Shown here: positions 9,628-22,649 of the stretch, in pieces
Position numbering within the stretch: the stretch's first letter is position 1
How the letters are laid out: each line of letters begins with the position of its first letter
Source: a bacterium
Lineage (GTDB): Bacteria; RBG-13-61-14; DATKZS01
Length of the DNA stretch: 64,000 bases
Direction: 5' to 3'
NCBI GenBank assembly: GCA_963674965.2
Contig: CAXXFL010000001.1
Location: 64,001 to 128,000, forward strand
Program-made: the position numbers and the translations under genes
Notes under the pieces: generated by a model
What the model saw: the letters and a program-made list of their open reading frames with translations, nothing else
Told to the model about the DNA's origin: nothing
Databases searched by the model: none

Positions 9628-10546
9628 GTCCGGCGCCCGCTACCTCTCGCTGAGCGAGGGCGACTGGCGCGAAAAGACTCGGGCGGCCATGGACCTTCTT
9701 GCCCCCTGCCGGCTCTGCCCCCGCGCCTGCGGGGCGGACAGGCTGAAGGGGGAGACGGGGGTTTGCGGCGGGGGGGACATGGCCGAGGTCTCGAGCTATA
9801 ACGACCACCGCGGGGAGGAGCCCCCCCTTTCGGGCTATAACGGGTCGGGCACGATCTTCTTCTCGCGCTGCAACTTAAAGTGCGTTTTTTGTCAGAACTA
9901 CCCGATCAGCCACCTTGGCAACGGCCGGAGGACGGCGGCGGGGGAGATTTCGAGGATGATGCTCGACCTCCAGAAAAGGGGCTGTCATAACGTGAACTTC
10001 GTGACGCCCACGCATATGATGCCCTTTATCGTCGAGGCCATGCCCCTGGCCGCGGCGGGCGGGCTTCGCGTTCCCCTGGTCTACAACTGCGGCGGTTACG
10101 AGGCGCTCGAGGCGCTCGAGATACTCGACGGGGTGGTGGATATTTACCTTCCGGACATGAAGTACGGAAGCGACGAGCCGGCCAAGGTCTTTTCCGGCGC
10201 GCCGGACTACGTCGAGCACAACCGCCGGGCCATCCTCGAGATGCACCGGCAGGTGGGCGACCTGGTATTGGACGACGAGGGGATCGCCGTCTCGGGGCTT
10301 ATAATACGGCACCTGGTGCTGCCCGAGGGCCTGGCCGGTTCCGACTCGGTGCTCGAGTTTATCGCCGAGAAGGTCTCGCGTTCCGCGGCCATCAGCCTTA
10401 TGAGCCAGTATTTCCCGGCCCATAAGGCCTTCGAGCACCCCTCCGTCTCGAGGCGTCCGAGCCGGGAGGAGTACCGGGCCGCCGTAAGGACCTTGGAGGA
10501 GCTGGGCCTTGAAAACGGCTGGCTCCAGGACGAGGGATTGGCCTAG
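9617..10546 (+). CDS. Radical SAM protein (PflX-like)
   Basis: CRLCPRAC, HRGEEPPLSG..GSGTIFF, CNLKCVFCQN (CxxxCxxC), RHLVLP. Confidence 0.9.
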   Translation: MAPKSGARYLSLSEGDWREKTRAAMDLLAPCRLCPRACGADRLKGETGVCGGGDMAEVSSYNDHRGEEPPLSGYNGSGTIFFSRCNLKCVFCQNYPISHLGNGRRTAAGEISRMMLDLQKRGCHNVNFVTPTHMMPFIVEAMPLAAAGGLRVPLVYNCGGYEALEALEILDGVVDIYLPDMKYGSDEPAKVFSGAPDYVEHNRRAILEMHRQVGDLVLDDEGIAVSGLIIRHLVLPEGLAGSDSVLEFIAEKVSRSAAISLMSQYFPAHKAFEHPSVSRRPSREEYRAAVRTLEELGLENGWLQDEGLA

Positions 10547-10569
10547 CCGTCCTTGAAAGGAGATGGGAC

Positions 10570-11409
10570 ATGAAAACCCGGTCGAGGATTATTCCGCTTG
10601 CCCTTATCGCGGTCCTGGCCATGGGGCTGAGCTGGGAGGGAGACGTCTTTTACGCCTCGAGCATGGGCTACCTCAAAAGGGTCAAGAAGCTGGTAAAGGA
10701 CGATCCCGCCCTGGTCAACGCCCGGAACGAGGAGGGCGAGACGCCCATTTTCCGGGCCGTGTTCTGGGACCGGGAGAAGGTGTGTTCCTTTTTGATCGAG
10801 AAGGGCGCCGACGTGAACGCGGTGGACAAATGGGGCAACTCTCCTCTGCACATGGCCGCGGCCAAGGGCAGGACAAAGATAGCGGTCCTCCTGGTCTCGA
10901 AGGGGGCCGAGGTCAACATGGCCAATGAAAAGGGAGACGCGCCCCTCCACCTGGCCGCCCTTAACGGCAGGGATGAGATCGTGGACCTTTTGATAAAGAG
11001 CGCCGCCGAGGTGGACGCGAAAAACAAGGAGAGCAAAACGCCGCTCCAGCTCGCGGCCTACGGCGGACGCGCCAAGGCGGGCTCGACGCTGCTGGCCGCT
11101 GGGGCCGACCCGGGCAACGTGGACGCCCTCGGGCTTACCCCCCTCCACCAGGCGGCCTATTACGGGGAGAGGGACCTTTGCGAGGCCCTCATCGGCAAAG
11201 GGGCCGACGTGAACGCCCGCTCGAACAAGGGACAGACGCCCCTGCACATGGCGGCCTTTAATGGCGACCGCGAGGTCATCGAGCTTTTGGTGGACGCCGG
11301 GGCCCGGATCAACGAAAAGGACGCCGACGGCAAGACGCCCCATACCTACGCCGTCGAGAAAAGGAACAAGGACGCCGCGACCTTCCTCGAGGAACGGGGA
11401 GGGAACTGA
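10570..11409 (+). CDS. Exported ankyrin-repeat protein
   Basis: Signal peptide followed by repeated G.TPLH.AA..G...LI.KGADVN units. Confidence 0.92.
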   Translation: MKTRSRIIPLALIAVLAMGLSWEGDVFYASSMGYLKRVKKLVKDDPALVNARNEEGETPIFRAVFWDREKVCSFLIEKGADVNAVDKWGNSPLHMAAAKGRTKIAVLLVSKGAEVNMANEKGDAPLHLAALNGRDEIVDLLIKSAAEVDAKNKESKTPLQLAAYGGRAKAGSTLLAAGADPGNVDALGLTPLHQAAYYGERDLCEALIGKGADVNARSNKGQTPLHMAAFNGDREVIELLVDAGARINEKDADGKTPHTYAVEKRNKDAATFLEERGGN

Positions 11410-11469
11410 GGCGGCCGTCGCGCCGCGAGGGATTATTTCGGCGCGAGAAGATTGAGGGATTAAAAAAAT

Positions 11470-14700
<3,231 letters not shown>

Positions 14701-14791
14701 GCGGGACCCCTCCCCCGGGCGACGCGCCCCAAAGACAAGCGCCGGGTCCAAGGCCCAAGGGCCCGTCCCGGCGCGTGGTTTTTCTCCAGTA

Positions 14792-15550
14792 TTAATTAAT
14801 TTTTCTGGATTTCATGCTCAGCACGGCGAACTGGACGCGCCGGTTCTTGGCGTAGGCCGCCTCCGTCTGGGAGGGGTCGATGGGGAAGTTCTCGCCGTAG
14901 CTGATGGTCTCCATCTGCGTTGACGGCACTCCCGCCGATACCAGGTAGTCGTAGGCCATACGGGCGCGCTTGGCGCCGAGGGCGTCGTTGTACTCGTCCG
15001 TTCCCCTCTCGTCGCAGTGGCCTTCCACCTTGACGTGCACGTTGGGGTGCTGGCGAAGCCAGTCGGCGTTGTTGTTCAGAATGGACTTGGCCTCGTCCGA
15101 CAGGGCGTCGGAGTCGAAACCGAAGTGGACCATTTTGAGCACCTGCCGGGCCATGTCGGCCTCGGTCATGGCCTGGCCCTCCCGGTCGAGAGATTCCTGC
15201 TGGATCGCCGCCAGACGCTCGGCCTCGACCCGCCTCTTCTCGACCTTCTCCAGTTCACCCAGCGCCAGGCCCTTGGCTATGCGGGCCTTCTCCGCCGACT
15301 CGTTGGCCTTGGTCTCGGACTTCTTGTAACGGATGCGGTCGAAAAGCTCCTGGGCCTCCAAGAGGCTTTCCTCAGCCGACTTGAACTCGACCGCCGCCAG
15401 CTCGTCCGCGTTCACCGCCCTGGCGTCCTCGATGGCGTCCTTCGCCCCCTCGATGGCCTGCTTGGCGTTCTTGCCGCAGGACTCAGCGCCCATTATACCT
15501 ACGTAAAGCGCCATTAACGCTACTAACCAAACCGTCCTTTTAAGTTTCAT
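14792..15550 (-). CDS. Pal/OmpA-family peptidoglycan-binding lipoprotein with N-terminal helical (DUF4398-like) domain
   Basis: Start MKLKR at 15550 after a GGAG RBS; lipobox-like AESC; VHFGFDS, EGHCDERGTDEYNDALG..RA, KNRRVQF. Confidence 0.88.
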   Translation of the reverse strand: MKLKRTVWLVALMALYVGIMGAESCGKNAKQAIEGAKDAIEDARAVNADELAAVEFKSAEESLLEAQELFDRIRYKKSETKANESAEKARIAKGLALGELEKVEKRRVEAERLAAIQQESLDREGQAMTEADMARQVLKMVHFGFDSDALSDEAKSILNNNADWLRQHPNVHVKVEGHCDERGTDEYNDALGAKRARMAYDYLVSAGVPSTQMETISYGENFPIDPSQTEAAYAKNRRVQFAVLSMKSRKIN

Positions 15551-15780
15551 CTTAATCTCCTTCCAGATCCGGTTGATCGAGATAAGTCTATCTATAAACG
15601 GCCAGAATGCAAATTTCAAGGGGGGAAAACAAATAACGCCTCCATGCGGGACCGGCGCTGGAGGATGACCCCGACGGGCATCGGGGCCGGACGCGGCCGA
15701 CGCGATGGGTGGCGCGGATAGCTCGACTATCCGCGAGGCGATAGCCGTTGGATTGAAATGTACGAGCCTGGCGGATCGCG

Positions 15781-16007
15781 GCCCCTTTCCCGCGCCTTCG
15801 GCGCCCGGATAGCAAAGCTATCCGGGCCATCACCCCCGCCCCGGGTGACCAATGGGTAACCCGTCCGGTTTCGCCAGAAACCGCGCGGGTCCCGCGGAGC
15901 GGGATGGGTATTCCGCCACGCCCCTCTCGTTACTCCATCTTTCCACAAGTCTCCGCCATCATGCCGACGTGCCAATCAGGCTCCGCCAGACCCGAACGGT
16001 TTTTTGG
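15781..16007. repeat. Dispersed palindromic repeat; diverged inverted copy of 40311-40530
   Basis: Shared blocks, e.g. AAACCGCGCGGGTCCCGCGGAGCGGGATGGGTATTCCGCC and AGTCTCCGCCATCATGCCGACGTGCCAATC, occur as reverse complements at 40.34-40.44 kb. Confidence 0.85.
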
Positions 16008-16195
16008 AGAACCTATTTGGAAGACCGAAGGGAGCAGTCCGGCGCTTTTGGATTGAATACCGGCCCACGATTTTATTTATAATAAGAATACCAAAAGAGG
16101 CAAGACGGGGACCATATTTTTCGAGCCGCGCGACCCGCTCGCTATGCTCGCCCACATAGCGGAGCCATGGGATACGCCCCTAAGGGCAATGTGGT

Positions 16196-16876
16196 TTATC
16201 CGTTACCCGCTTTTTTCTTGTAGCTTTTTACCGCAAAAATCATTATCAGAATGGAGGGAATGATACTCAATATTGCCAGGCCATTATAAAGACAATCGAT
16301 TTTACCGTCCCAGTAATCGGAGTGATATTCAAAACAATCGGTAGTAACAACGTCCGTTACCCCCTTGGCATCGAGGGCCGCTTTGAATCCAAGGAAATCG
16401 GCGAATACCTTCGTTTCGCCGGTTAACGTATCGAGGATATAATATTTCTCGATCGAATATTGAGTGGTTTCAAAGGTCCCATAAACGACCGGTCCGGATT
16501 TACCGACGCTTATTACGTCGCTTACATAGGGATTGCCGTCTTTTTCTATGTGCGCGCTACCGGGCATATCGGTAAATCCCAGCAGGAAATCATTACCGAC
16601 CGGCGCCTGCCAATAATCTCCGCAGCCTCGATATTTCTGGACGTCGTCTTCAGTCAGATACAGATGCAAAACGGTTATAAGCAGCAATGAAACGCCGAAA
16701 ACGATCGAGCATATCAACGTCAAAGCGGCCGAAGAGAGAAATATTCTGACTTTCGAAATCTTTTGCTTGATGTTTTTATCGGAAAATAAAAGCAATATTG
16801 ACAGGAGAAGAAATGGTATTGATGAGAGCAGAGTATAAATAATGACTTGAAAACATATCGCAACCATACATCCCAT
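16196..16876 (-). CDS. Hypothetical membrane protein (AT-rich)
   Basis: GGAG RBS before ATG 16876; two N-terminal TMs, soluble domain, C-terminal TM. Confidence 0.65.
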   Translation of the reverse strand: MGCMVAICFQVIIYTLLSSIPFLLLSILLLFSDKNIKQKISKVRIFLSSAALTLICSIVFGVSLLLITVLHLYLTEDDVQKYRGCGDYWQAPVGNDFLLGFTDMPGSAHIEKDGNPYVSDVISVGKSGPVVYGTFETTQYSIEKYYILDTLTGETKVFADFLGFKAALDAKGVTDVVTTDCFEYHSDYWDGKIDCLYNGLAILSIIPSILIMIFAVKSYKKKAGNG

Positions 16877-16977
16877 GGTTATTCTCCACGGCCCGCGCCC
16901 GGCGAACGCCGCAAGATGGAGACGGCGGATATCCAATGAGTCAAGGGTCCCTCCTTCCAGTTAGTAAATGAAAGAAC

Positions 16978-17003
16978 TTATCGGCATGCGCGTCCAGATT
17001 TGA
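16978..17003 (-). promoter_or_regulatory. Possible sigma28 (FliA)-type promoter
   Basis: Minus strand TCAA-N14-GCCGATAA; the -10 box is a perfect consensus match, spacing is one short. Confidence 0.4.
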
Positions 17004-17134
17004 ATAGTGGAAACGCGCCGACCCGATCTCTATGCTCTCCCATATAGAAGAGGTGGCGCCCGTTGGTATAGCTACCCCCTCGTTGTCTCGGGCGGCTTCG
17101 AATACTCCGTTATCCCCGTTGCACGAGCATTCAT

Positions 17135-17551
17135 TTAGAAATCTTTATTAACGCTTACTACGGTCGGTAAAGAGGAATAAAGGTCTTTGTTGACGATAAT
17201 GATATATAAGAATAGGGCTAAAACGGTAAAGTTTGAGAGGATATTTAAGTCATTGTAAGCCAGTGTTCCGATCAGGTTAACCAAGAAAATGTACATTAGC
17301 AATGTTTCTCTCATGAATATATAGTTGTATAAAGAATTATTGCGCCATACAAACATCAGTCTGCTTAAGAATATTGGAAGAGCGATTACAGATAATAATA
17401 CTTTGGGCTGCGCTTGATGAAGGTTTAGATAAGTCATGAGGCAGAGGCAGGAAATAAGGCCCATTAAGAGAAACCACAGCTTGAAGTGAATATACATATG
17501 AAAGAAAAAAAGACAAACCAGAAAAAGCAAGACATATGTGACGTCTATCAT
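17135..17551 (-). CDS. Hypothetical multi-pass membrane protein (very AT-rich)
   Basis: AAGGAG RBS before ATG 17551; almost entirely hydrophobic. Confidence 0.55.
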   Translation of the reverse strand: MIDVTYVLLFLVCLFFFHMYIHFKLWFLLMGLISCLCLMTYLNLHQAQPKVLLSVIALPIFLSRLMFVWRNNSLYNYIFMRETLLMYIFLVNLIGTLAYNDLNILSNFTVLALFLYIIIVNKDLYSSLPTVVSVNKDF

Positions 17552-18014
17552 TCTAATCTCCTTATGCTGTCCTGGTTCAGCGGGAAATGAAGCTCCCCGC
17601 TTATGCAAATTGAGCGCGTGCCGCACCCACCCTATTTTTTTCCGCTTCTCAGGCGGGAGTTTTTAAGGCGCCGGGGATATCGAAGGATGAGGTTCAAGAG
17701 CGGGCGCGGAAGGTTGATCCCACGCCATCATCCTTGAGATGATCCCGATAGGCTATCCCTCGGCGGGTTGCTCCAGGGCAGGGCCCGCCTCCGGTTTGAC
17801 CTGATAGAATTAGTCTACGCAACCCGCGAGACGGTTGTCAAATCCGTCAAGCCACAGGCTGAACGCCTCCAGCGGCAATCGCGTTGAAATGCCTTTTTAA
17901 GTAGAGAAGATAAAAAATAATCCGCGTCCGATTATAAATAAATCAATGCTCAGCCCATGCATTTTCAAAAATGCATGGGCCATCTTGCGGCGGCAAGGCC
18001 CCCGGGTCCGGTCT

Positions 18015-18248
18015 TCAGCGCTTGTGGCAGCCGGGGGTGGCGCAGGGCTCGGCGGCCCCGCAGCAGGGGGTGTCCTTGCCGCACTGGAGGGCGCCGCCGG
18101 GCGAGGAGACGCCGACCTTGCCGGGCGCGGAGAGGAGCTTGCTTACCTTTTTCGACCCGCAGGCCGAGCACCCGGGCTCCTCCCCCGGCCCGATCACCAG
18201 CTCGAAGCGCTCGCCGCACTTATTGCACTGGTACTCGTAGATGGGCAT
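18015..18248 (-). CDS. FmdB-family zinc-ribbon protein
   Basis: MPIYEYQCNKCGERFE...CSACGS..V.KLLS; Cys-rich tail. Confidence 0.88.
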   Translation of the reverse strand: MPIYEYQCNKCGERFELVIGPGEEPGCSACGSKKVSKLLSAPGKVGVSSPGGALQCGKDTPCCGAAEPCATPGCHKR

Positions 18249-18249
18249 G

Positions 18250-18588
18250 TCAGTGGTCGCAGACGTTCTGCCCGCTTGCGAGAGACCCGTCCAGGTAGGA
18301 CATGACCAGTTTCTCGGGGTCGGCCGCCGGGGCGCCCACGATGACGTGTATGCCGCGCTCCTCGAAGAGGTTGATGGCGCGCTGGCCCATGCCGCCGGCG
18401 ATGACCAAGGTCACTCCCTGGTCTGCCAGGAAGGGCGGAAGAACGCCCGGCTGGTGGGGGGGCGGCTTGAGGGAAGACTTTCCCTTGATGGTTTTGGTTT
18501 CCGGGTCCACGTCGATTACCTCGAAAATCTCGCAATGCCCGAAATGCATGCATAGTTGGCCTTCGGCCACCGGTATCGCTACTTTCAT
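18250..18588 (-). CDS. NifB/NifX-family Mo-Fe cluster-binding-like protein
   Basis: MKVAIP...HFGHCE.F...VIAGGMGQRA...NVCDH. Confidence 0.9.
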   Translation of the reverse strand: MKVAIPVAEGQLCMHFGHCEIFEVIDVDPETKTIKGKSSLKPPPHQPGVLPPFLADQGVTLVIAGGMGQRAINLFEERGIHVIVGAPAADPEKLVMSYLDGSLASGQNVCDH

Positions 18589-18623
18589 TTAGACTTCCTC
18601 CTTGATACTGAATATTACTTGTC

Positions 18624-19026
18624 TACAAATTTACAAGGGCACGGGACCGGCATAAGCCGTTAATCATAACCTGCGGCTTTCGCCGCCCACATAGGCAAGC
18701 TATGTGGGATACCCGCTACCCGCCGTTTACAAATTTACAAGGGCACGGGATCGGCATAGGCCGTTAATCATAACCTGCGGCTTTCGCCGCCCACATAGAC
18801 GAGCTATGTGGGATACCCGCTACCCGCCGTTTACAAATTTACAAGGGCACGGGATCGGTATAGGCCGTTAATCATAACCTGCGGCTTTCGCCGCCCACAT
18901 AGGCAAGCTATGTGGGATACCCGCTACCCGCCGTTTACAAATTTTCAAGGGTACGGGATCGGCATAAGCCGTTAATCATAACCCGCGGCTTTCGCCGCCC
19001 ACATAGGCAAGCTATACGGGATACCC
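18624..19026. repeat. Tandem array of about four 104-bp units, each with two hairpins
   Basis: TACAAAT unit starts at 18624, 18728, 18832, 18936; GCGGC-TTTC-GCCGC and CCCACATAG-N5-CTATGTGGG (second hairpin degenerate in the truncated last unit). Confidence 0.95.
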
Positions 19027-19040
19027 AATACCCAATTTAT

Positions 19041-19928
19041 TTATCTTAAGCCTTCCATTTTCTCGATCATGGGATCGAGGGCGGCGGCGAAGGCCTTGGC
19101 GCTCTCGGACTCGGCGAAGGCCGTGATGTAGGGCTTGCCCTCGTCGCAGGCCCTGGCTATCTCGGGATCGAGCGGTATCCTGCCCAGGAAGGGCACGTTC
19201 ATTTCCCTGGCCATCTGCTCTCCGCCGCCGGACTTGAATATCTCGGTGGTCTTGCCGCAATGGGGGCAGATAAACCCGGACATGTTCTCGATGACGCCGA
19301 GCACCGGCAGCTTGACGGTGCGGCAGAATTGTATGGACCGGCGCACGTCGATGACCGAGAGGTCCTGGGGCGTGGTCACGATGACGGCCCCGTCCAGGTC
19401 CTCCATGAGCTGGACCACGGACAAGGGCTCGTCGCCGGTGCCGGGCGGCGAGTCCACGATCAGGTAGTCAAGCTCTCCCCAGTGGACGTCCTTGAGGAAC
19501 TGCTTGATGACGCCCATCTTCATGGGACCGCGCCAGATCACGGCGTCCTCCTTGTTCCGGAGGAGAAGGCCGATGGACATGACCTTCAGCCGGTCTCCCA
19601 CGGTGGCCGGCACCAGCTTCTCCTGGAGCGCCTCGATGGGAAACCCCTCCAGACCCAGTATCCTGGGGATGCTGGGACCGTGGATGTCCACGTCCATGAG
19701 GCCCGTCATCTTGCCCCTGGCGGCCAGGGACAGGGCGAGGTTGGCGGAAACGGTCGATTTTCCCACGCCGCCCTTTCCGGAGAGGACCACGATTTTATTC
19801 TTGATCTGGCAGAGCTGACGCTGGAGTTCCTGCCTCTCCATGAACTCCTGGTCGGTCTCGCCCTGTTTCTTTCCCTTTGCCGAGCAGCTCCCCGAACTGC
19901 AATCTGAGCAACTCTTTCCCTCGGTCAC
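19041..19928 (-). CDS. Mrp/NBP35 (ApbC) Fe-S carrier ATPase
   Basis: SGKGGVGKST, DVDIHGPSIP, VIWRGPMK, DSPPGTGDE, ENMSGFICPHC. Confidence 0.95.
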   Translation of the reverse strand: MTEGKSCSDCSSGSCSAKGKKQGETDQEFMERQELQRQLCQIKNKIVVLSGKGGVGKSTVSANLALSLAARGKMTGLMDVDIHGPSIPRILGLEGFPIEALQEKLVPATVGDRLKVMSIGLLLRNKEDAVIWRGPMKMGVIKQFLKDVHWGELDYLIVDSPPGTGDEPLSVVQLMEDLDGAVIVTTPQDLSVIDVRRSIQFCRTVKLPVLGVIENMSGFICPHCGKTTEIFKSGGGEQMAREMNVPFLGRIPLDPEIARACDEGKPYITAFAESESAKAFAAALDPMIEKMEGLR

Positions 19929-20017
19929 TTTACTTCCCTCCGTTTGCGAGATTAATAAGAGGGCGCGGTCGCGCCGTTACTTATTATAAATCCATTTCCC
20001 TTTTTATTCACTTATGC

Positions 20018-20935
20018 TTATGCGCCCAGGTCCTCCTCGACCCTTTTCCATATTTTTTTGAGGGCGGGGGTGATTTTTTCCGCGCCTTCTCCGGCTTTTT
20101 CCTCCCACTCGACGATGGTCTCGCCCTTGACCATGGCCAGGGTAAAGGCGGGGTGATAGGGCAGCTCTCCCACTATCTTGACCTTGGCGCCCCGGGCCCA
20201 TTCCCGGATCGACTCGGTGACCTCGGCGTTGAGGTCGGCCTTGTTTATGATCAGGTTTAGGGGGATGCCGAAATGGCTCGCCAGGTCATGCACCCTTTTG
20301 AGGTCCGACAGCCCGGACTGGGTGGCCTCGGTCACGGCCACCACCATGTCGGCGTTGGTAAGGGACGCGATCACGGCGCAGCCGATGCCGGGAGGACCGT
20401 CCACCAGGATGAAGCGGCTGTTATTTTTCCGGGCGACCTCGGAGGCGGCCTTCCTGACCTCGGTGACCAGCTTGCCCGAGTTCTCCGCCGCGATCCCGAG
20501 ATGGGCGTAAACCATGGGCCCAACCTTGGATTCCCCGACGTACCAGTGGCCGGCCAGCCTGTCCTTTTCGTCGATCGCCTTCTCGGGACAGAACTCCTTG
20601 CAGACCATGCAGGCCTCGCAGGAAAGGGGGTCCACCTCGAATATTGGCGGGTCCTCTCCCGTGACCCTTATGGCGTCGTAGGGGCAAAGCCTATGGCACT
20701 CGCCGCAGGAGGTGCATCTTTCCCGGTCGATTTCAGGGATGGGCATGGCCATGAACTCGGTTTCCTGCTCGGCCCTGGGCGCGAGAAGAAGGTGGAGGTT
20801 GGCCGCGTCCACGTCGCAGTCGGCCACCACCACCGGCCGAGCCAGCACGGCGAAGGCGGCGGCGATCGAGGTCTTGCCCGTTCCCCCCTTGCCGCTTATG
20901 ACGGTGACGGTCCTGGCGTTTTCATTTGCGCTCAT
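20018..20935 (-). CDS. MinD/ParA-type P-loop ATPase with inserted 4Fe-4S ferredoxin domain
   Basis: Start MSANEN at 20935; SGKGGTGKT, DCDVDAANL, CTSCGEC...C, CEACMVC...CP, DGPPGIGC. Confidence 0.9.
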   Translation of the reverse strand: MSANENARTVTVISGKGGTGKTSIAAAFAVLARPVVVADCDVDAANLHLLLAPRAEQETEFMAMPIPEIDRERCTSCGECHRLCPYDAIRVTGEDPPIFEVDPLSCEACMVCKEFCPEKAIDEKDRLAGHWYVGESKVGPMVYAHLGIAAENSGKLVTEVRKAASEVARKNNSRFILVDGPPGIGCAVIASLTNADMVVAVTEATQSGLSDLKRVHDLASHFGIPLNLIINKADLNAEVTESIREWARGAKVKIVGELPYHPAFTLAMVKGETIVEWEEKAGEGAEKITPALKKIWKRVEEDLGA

Positions 20936-21771
20936 GCCGCCCTCCTCCCGGATATCTTCCGGACCAGCTTTTTCATGGAGTCGGCCATCTCGGGCACGGA
21001 CTCGAGCAGGCCCGATCCCGAGGCGTAAAGCTCGGCTATCCTTCTGTCGTTGGGTATCTCGAGCATGACCTCGAGTCCCCGCTCGCGGCAGAACTCGTGC
21101 ACCCTGGCGTCGCCCAGGCCGGCCCGGTTGACGACCACGCCGCTGGGTATGCCGAGCTCGGCGAGGGCGTCGGCCGCCATTTCCAGGTCGTGGAGCCCGA
21201 AGGGCGTGGGCTCGGTCACGAGGACGCAGAAGTCCGATCCTCTCACCGCCTCGAGCATGGGACAGGTGGTGCCGGGCGGGCAATCGAGGATGACCGTTTC
21301 CTTCCACGATTCGGGCTTTTCCTTCAAGGCGCGGATAAGGGGAGGGCTCATGGGCTCGCTGACCCTGAGCCGGGCGTTATAAAAGTCTATGCCGCCGGCT
21401 TTGCCCCACTCCATGACGCCTATCTCCCGGAATCCCGCGCTAATGGCGCCGGGCTCGCATATCATCTCGCAGGCGCCGCACCCGTGGCAAAGCTCGGGAA
21501 AGACCACCACCACGGTCCCCAACGCGGCGATGGCGTTGAACCGGCAGACGCGGGAGCACTCGGCGCAGGCGATGCACTTGGACTCGTCCACCTCGGGCGT
21601 CATGATCCGGGCCGTTTCCCGTCCCAAAATCTCGGGCTTGATGAAGATGTAGGCGTTGGGGGCCTCCACGTCCAGGTCGAGGAAGGTGCATTCCCCCAGG
21701 GCCTGGGCCATGGCGGCGGCCACGGTGGTCTTGCCCGTTCCGCCCTTGCCTGAAGCCACGGCTATGCGCAT
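20932..21771 (-). CDS. MinD/ParA-type P-loop ATPase with inserted 4Fe-4S ferredoxin domain (paralog)
   Basis: Start MRIAVASGKGGTGKT at 21771; CIACAEC...C, CHGCGAC...C, DCPPGTTCP, EPTPFGLHDL. Confidence 0.9.
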   Translation of the reverse strand: MRIAVASGKGGTGKTTVAAAMAQALGECTFLDLDVEAPNAYIFIKPEILGRETARIMTPEVDESKCIACAECSRVCRFNAIAALGTVVVVFPELCHGCGACEMICEPGAISAGFREIGVMEWGKAGGIDFYNARLRVSEPMSPPLIRALKEKPESWKETVILDCPPGTTCPMLEAVRGSDFCVLVTEPTPFGLHDLEMAADALAELGIPSGVVVNRAGLGDARVHEFCRERGLEVMLEIPNDRRIAELYASGSGLLESVPEMADSMKKLVRKISGRRAA

Positions 21772-22130
21772 TACCAATGGCCCTCCACGTCCGGACCGCC
21801 CGTATCGGACAGCTTGCCCGCCTTGAAGGCCTCGAGGGCCTCGGCCACCGTGCCGGACGCGCCCGAGTAAATTTTTACGCCCGCCGCGGCCAGGGTCCTG
21901 TAAGCCTTGGGCCCGCAATGGCCGGTGATGACGACCTTGACCCCCGTGCCGGCCACGGTCTGGGCCGCCTGGATGCCGGCGCCCTGGGCCGCCTGCAGGT
22001 TCTGTTTATTATCCACTACCTGGAAGTCGCCGCCGTCGGTATCGACGATGATAAACGCCGCGGCCCGGCCGAAGCGGGGGTCCAACTGGGCGCTTAAATC
22101 TCTTCCCTGGCTGGTTATACATACTTTCAT
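21771..22130 (-). CDS. NifB/NifX-family protein
   Basis: DPRFGRA..F, QGAGIQAAQ, ITGHCGPKA, DVEGHW. Confidence 0.9.
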   Translation of the reverse strand: MKVCITSQGRDLSAQLDPRFGRAAAFIIVDTDGGDFQVVDNKQNLQAAQGAGIQAAQTVAGTGVKVVITGHCGPKAYRTLAAAGVKIYSGASGTVAEALEAFKAGKLSDTGGPDVEGHW

Positions 22131-22236
22131 TCCTTACTCCTTTATGGAAACCGTTTAACAAACCGCTACTTATCGTTGTTTGGCCGGGGGGGGAAGGCTG
22201 GGTCTTGGCCCTTTTTCCTTCCCCCCTGGAGAATCG

Positions 22237-22578
22237 CTAATCCTTGTTTTCCTCGAGGCGCTCGAGCTGGAGCCTTAGTTCCTCGAGCCTTTCGCCCAGC
22301 GCGGCCATCTCGCCTTGGATGGCTGCCCTCTCCTGGGTGGGATCGGAAGCGTAACCCGCGTCGAGAGGGGCCCAGCCCATTCCTCGACCGAAGCCTCGGC
22401 CCATGCCCATCCCGCGTCCGAAGCCCTGACCGAAGCCTCTGCCGAAGCCCCGGCCCATTCCTCGACCCATTCCCATGCCCTGGCCGTATCCTCGGTTGGC
22501 CGCTCCGGTGCAAAGTCCCATGCCTCTTCCGGTCATGGGTCCTCTTCCCATTGGTCCCGTCCTATTGAATCCAGGCAT
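22237..22578 (-). CDS. DUF5320-type Gly/Arg-rich protein
   Basis: MPGFNRTGPMGRGPMTGRGMGLC, GRGFG repeats, C-terminal coiled coil. Confidence 0.85.
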   Translation of the reverse strand: MPGFNRTGPMGRGPMTGRGMGLCTGAANRGYGQGMGMGRGMGRGFGRGFGQGFGRGMGMGRGFGRGMGWAPLDAGYASDPTQERAAIQGEMAALGERLEELRLQLERLEENKD

Positions 22579-22649
22579 TTTAAACCTCCTTATATTGAAT
22601 AGTTGCGCGATTTGGGACGGTTAAAAGACCACTTCGGCAACGCGCGCTT

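Noticed and set aside
18624-19026. CRISPR array
   Set aside because: Whole 104-bp units repeat with no unique spacers; no cas genes in the window
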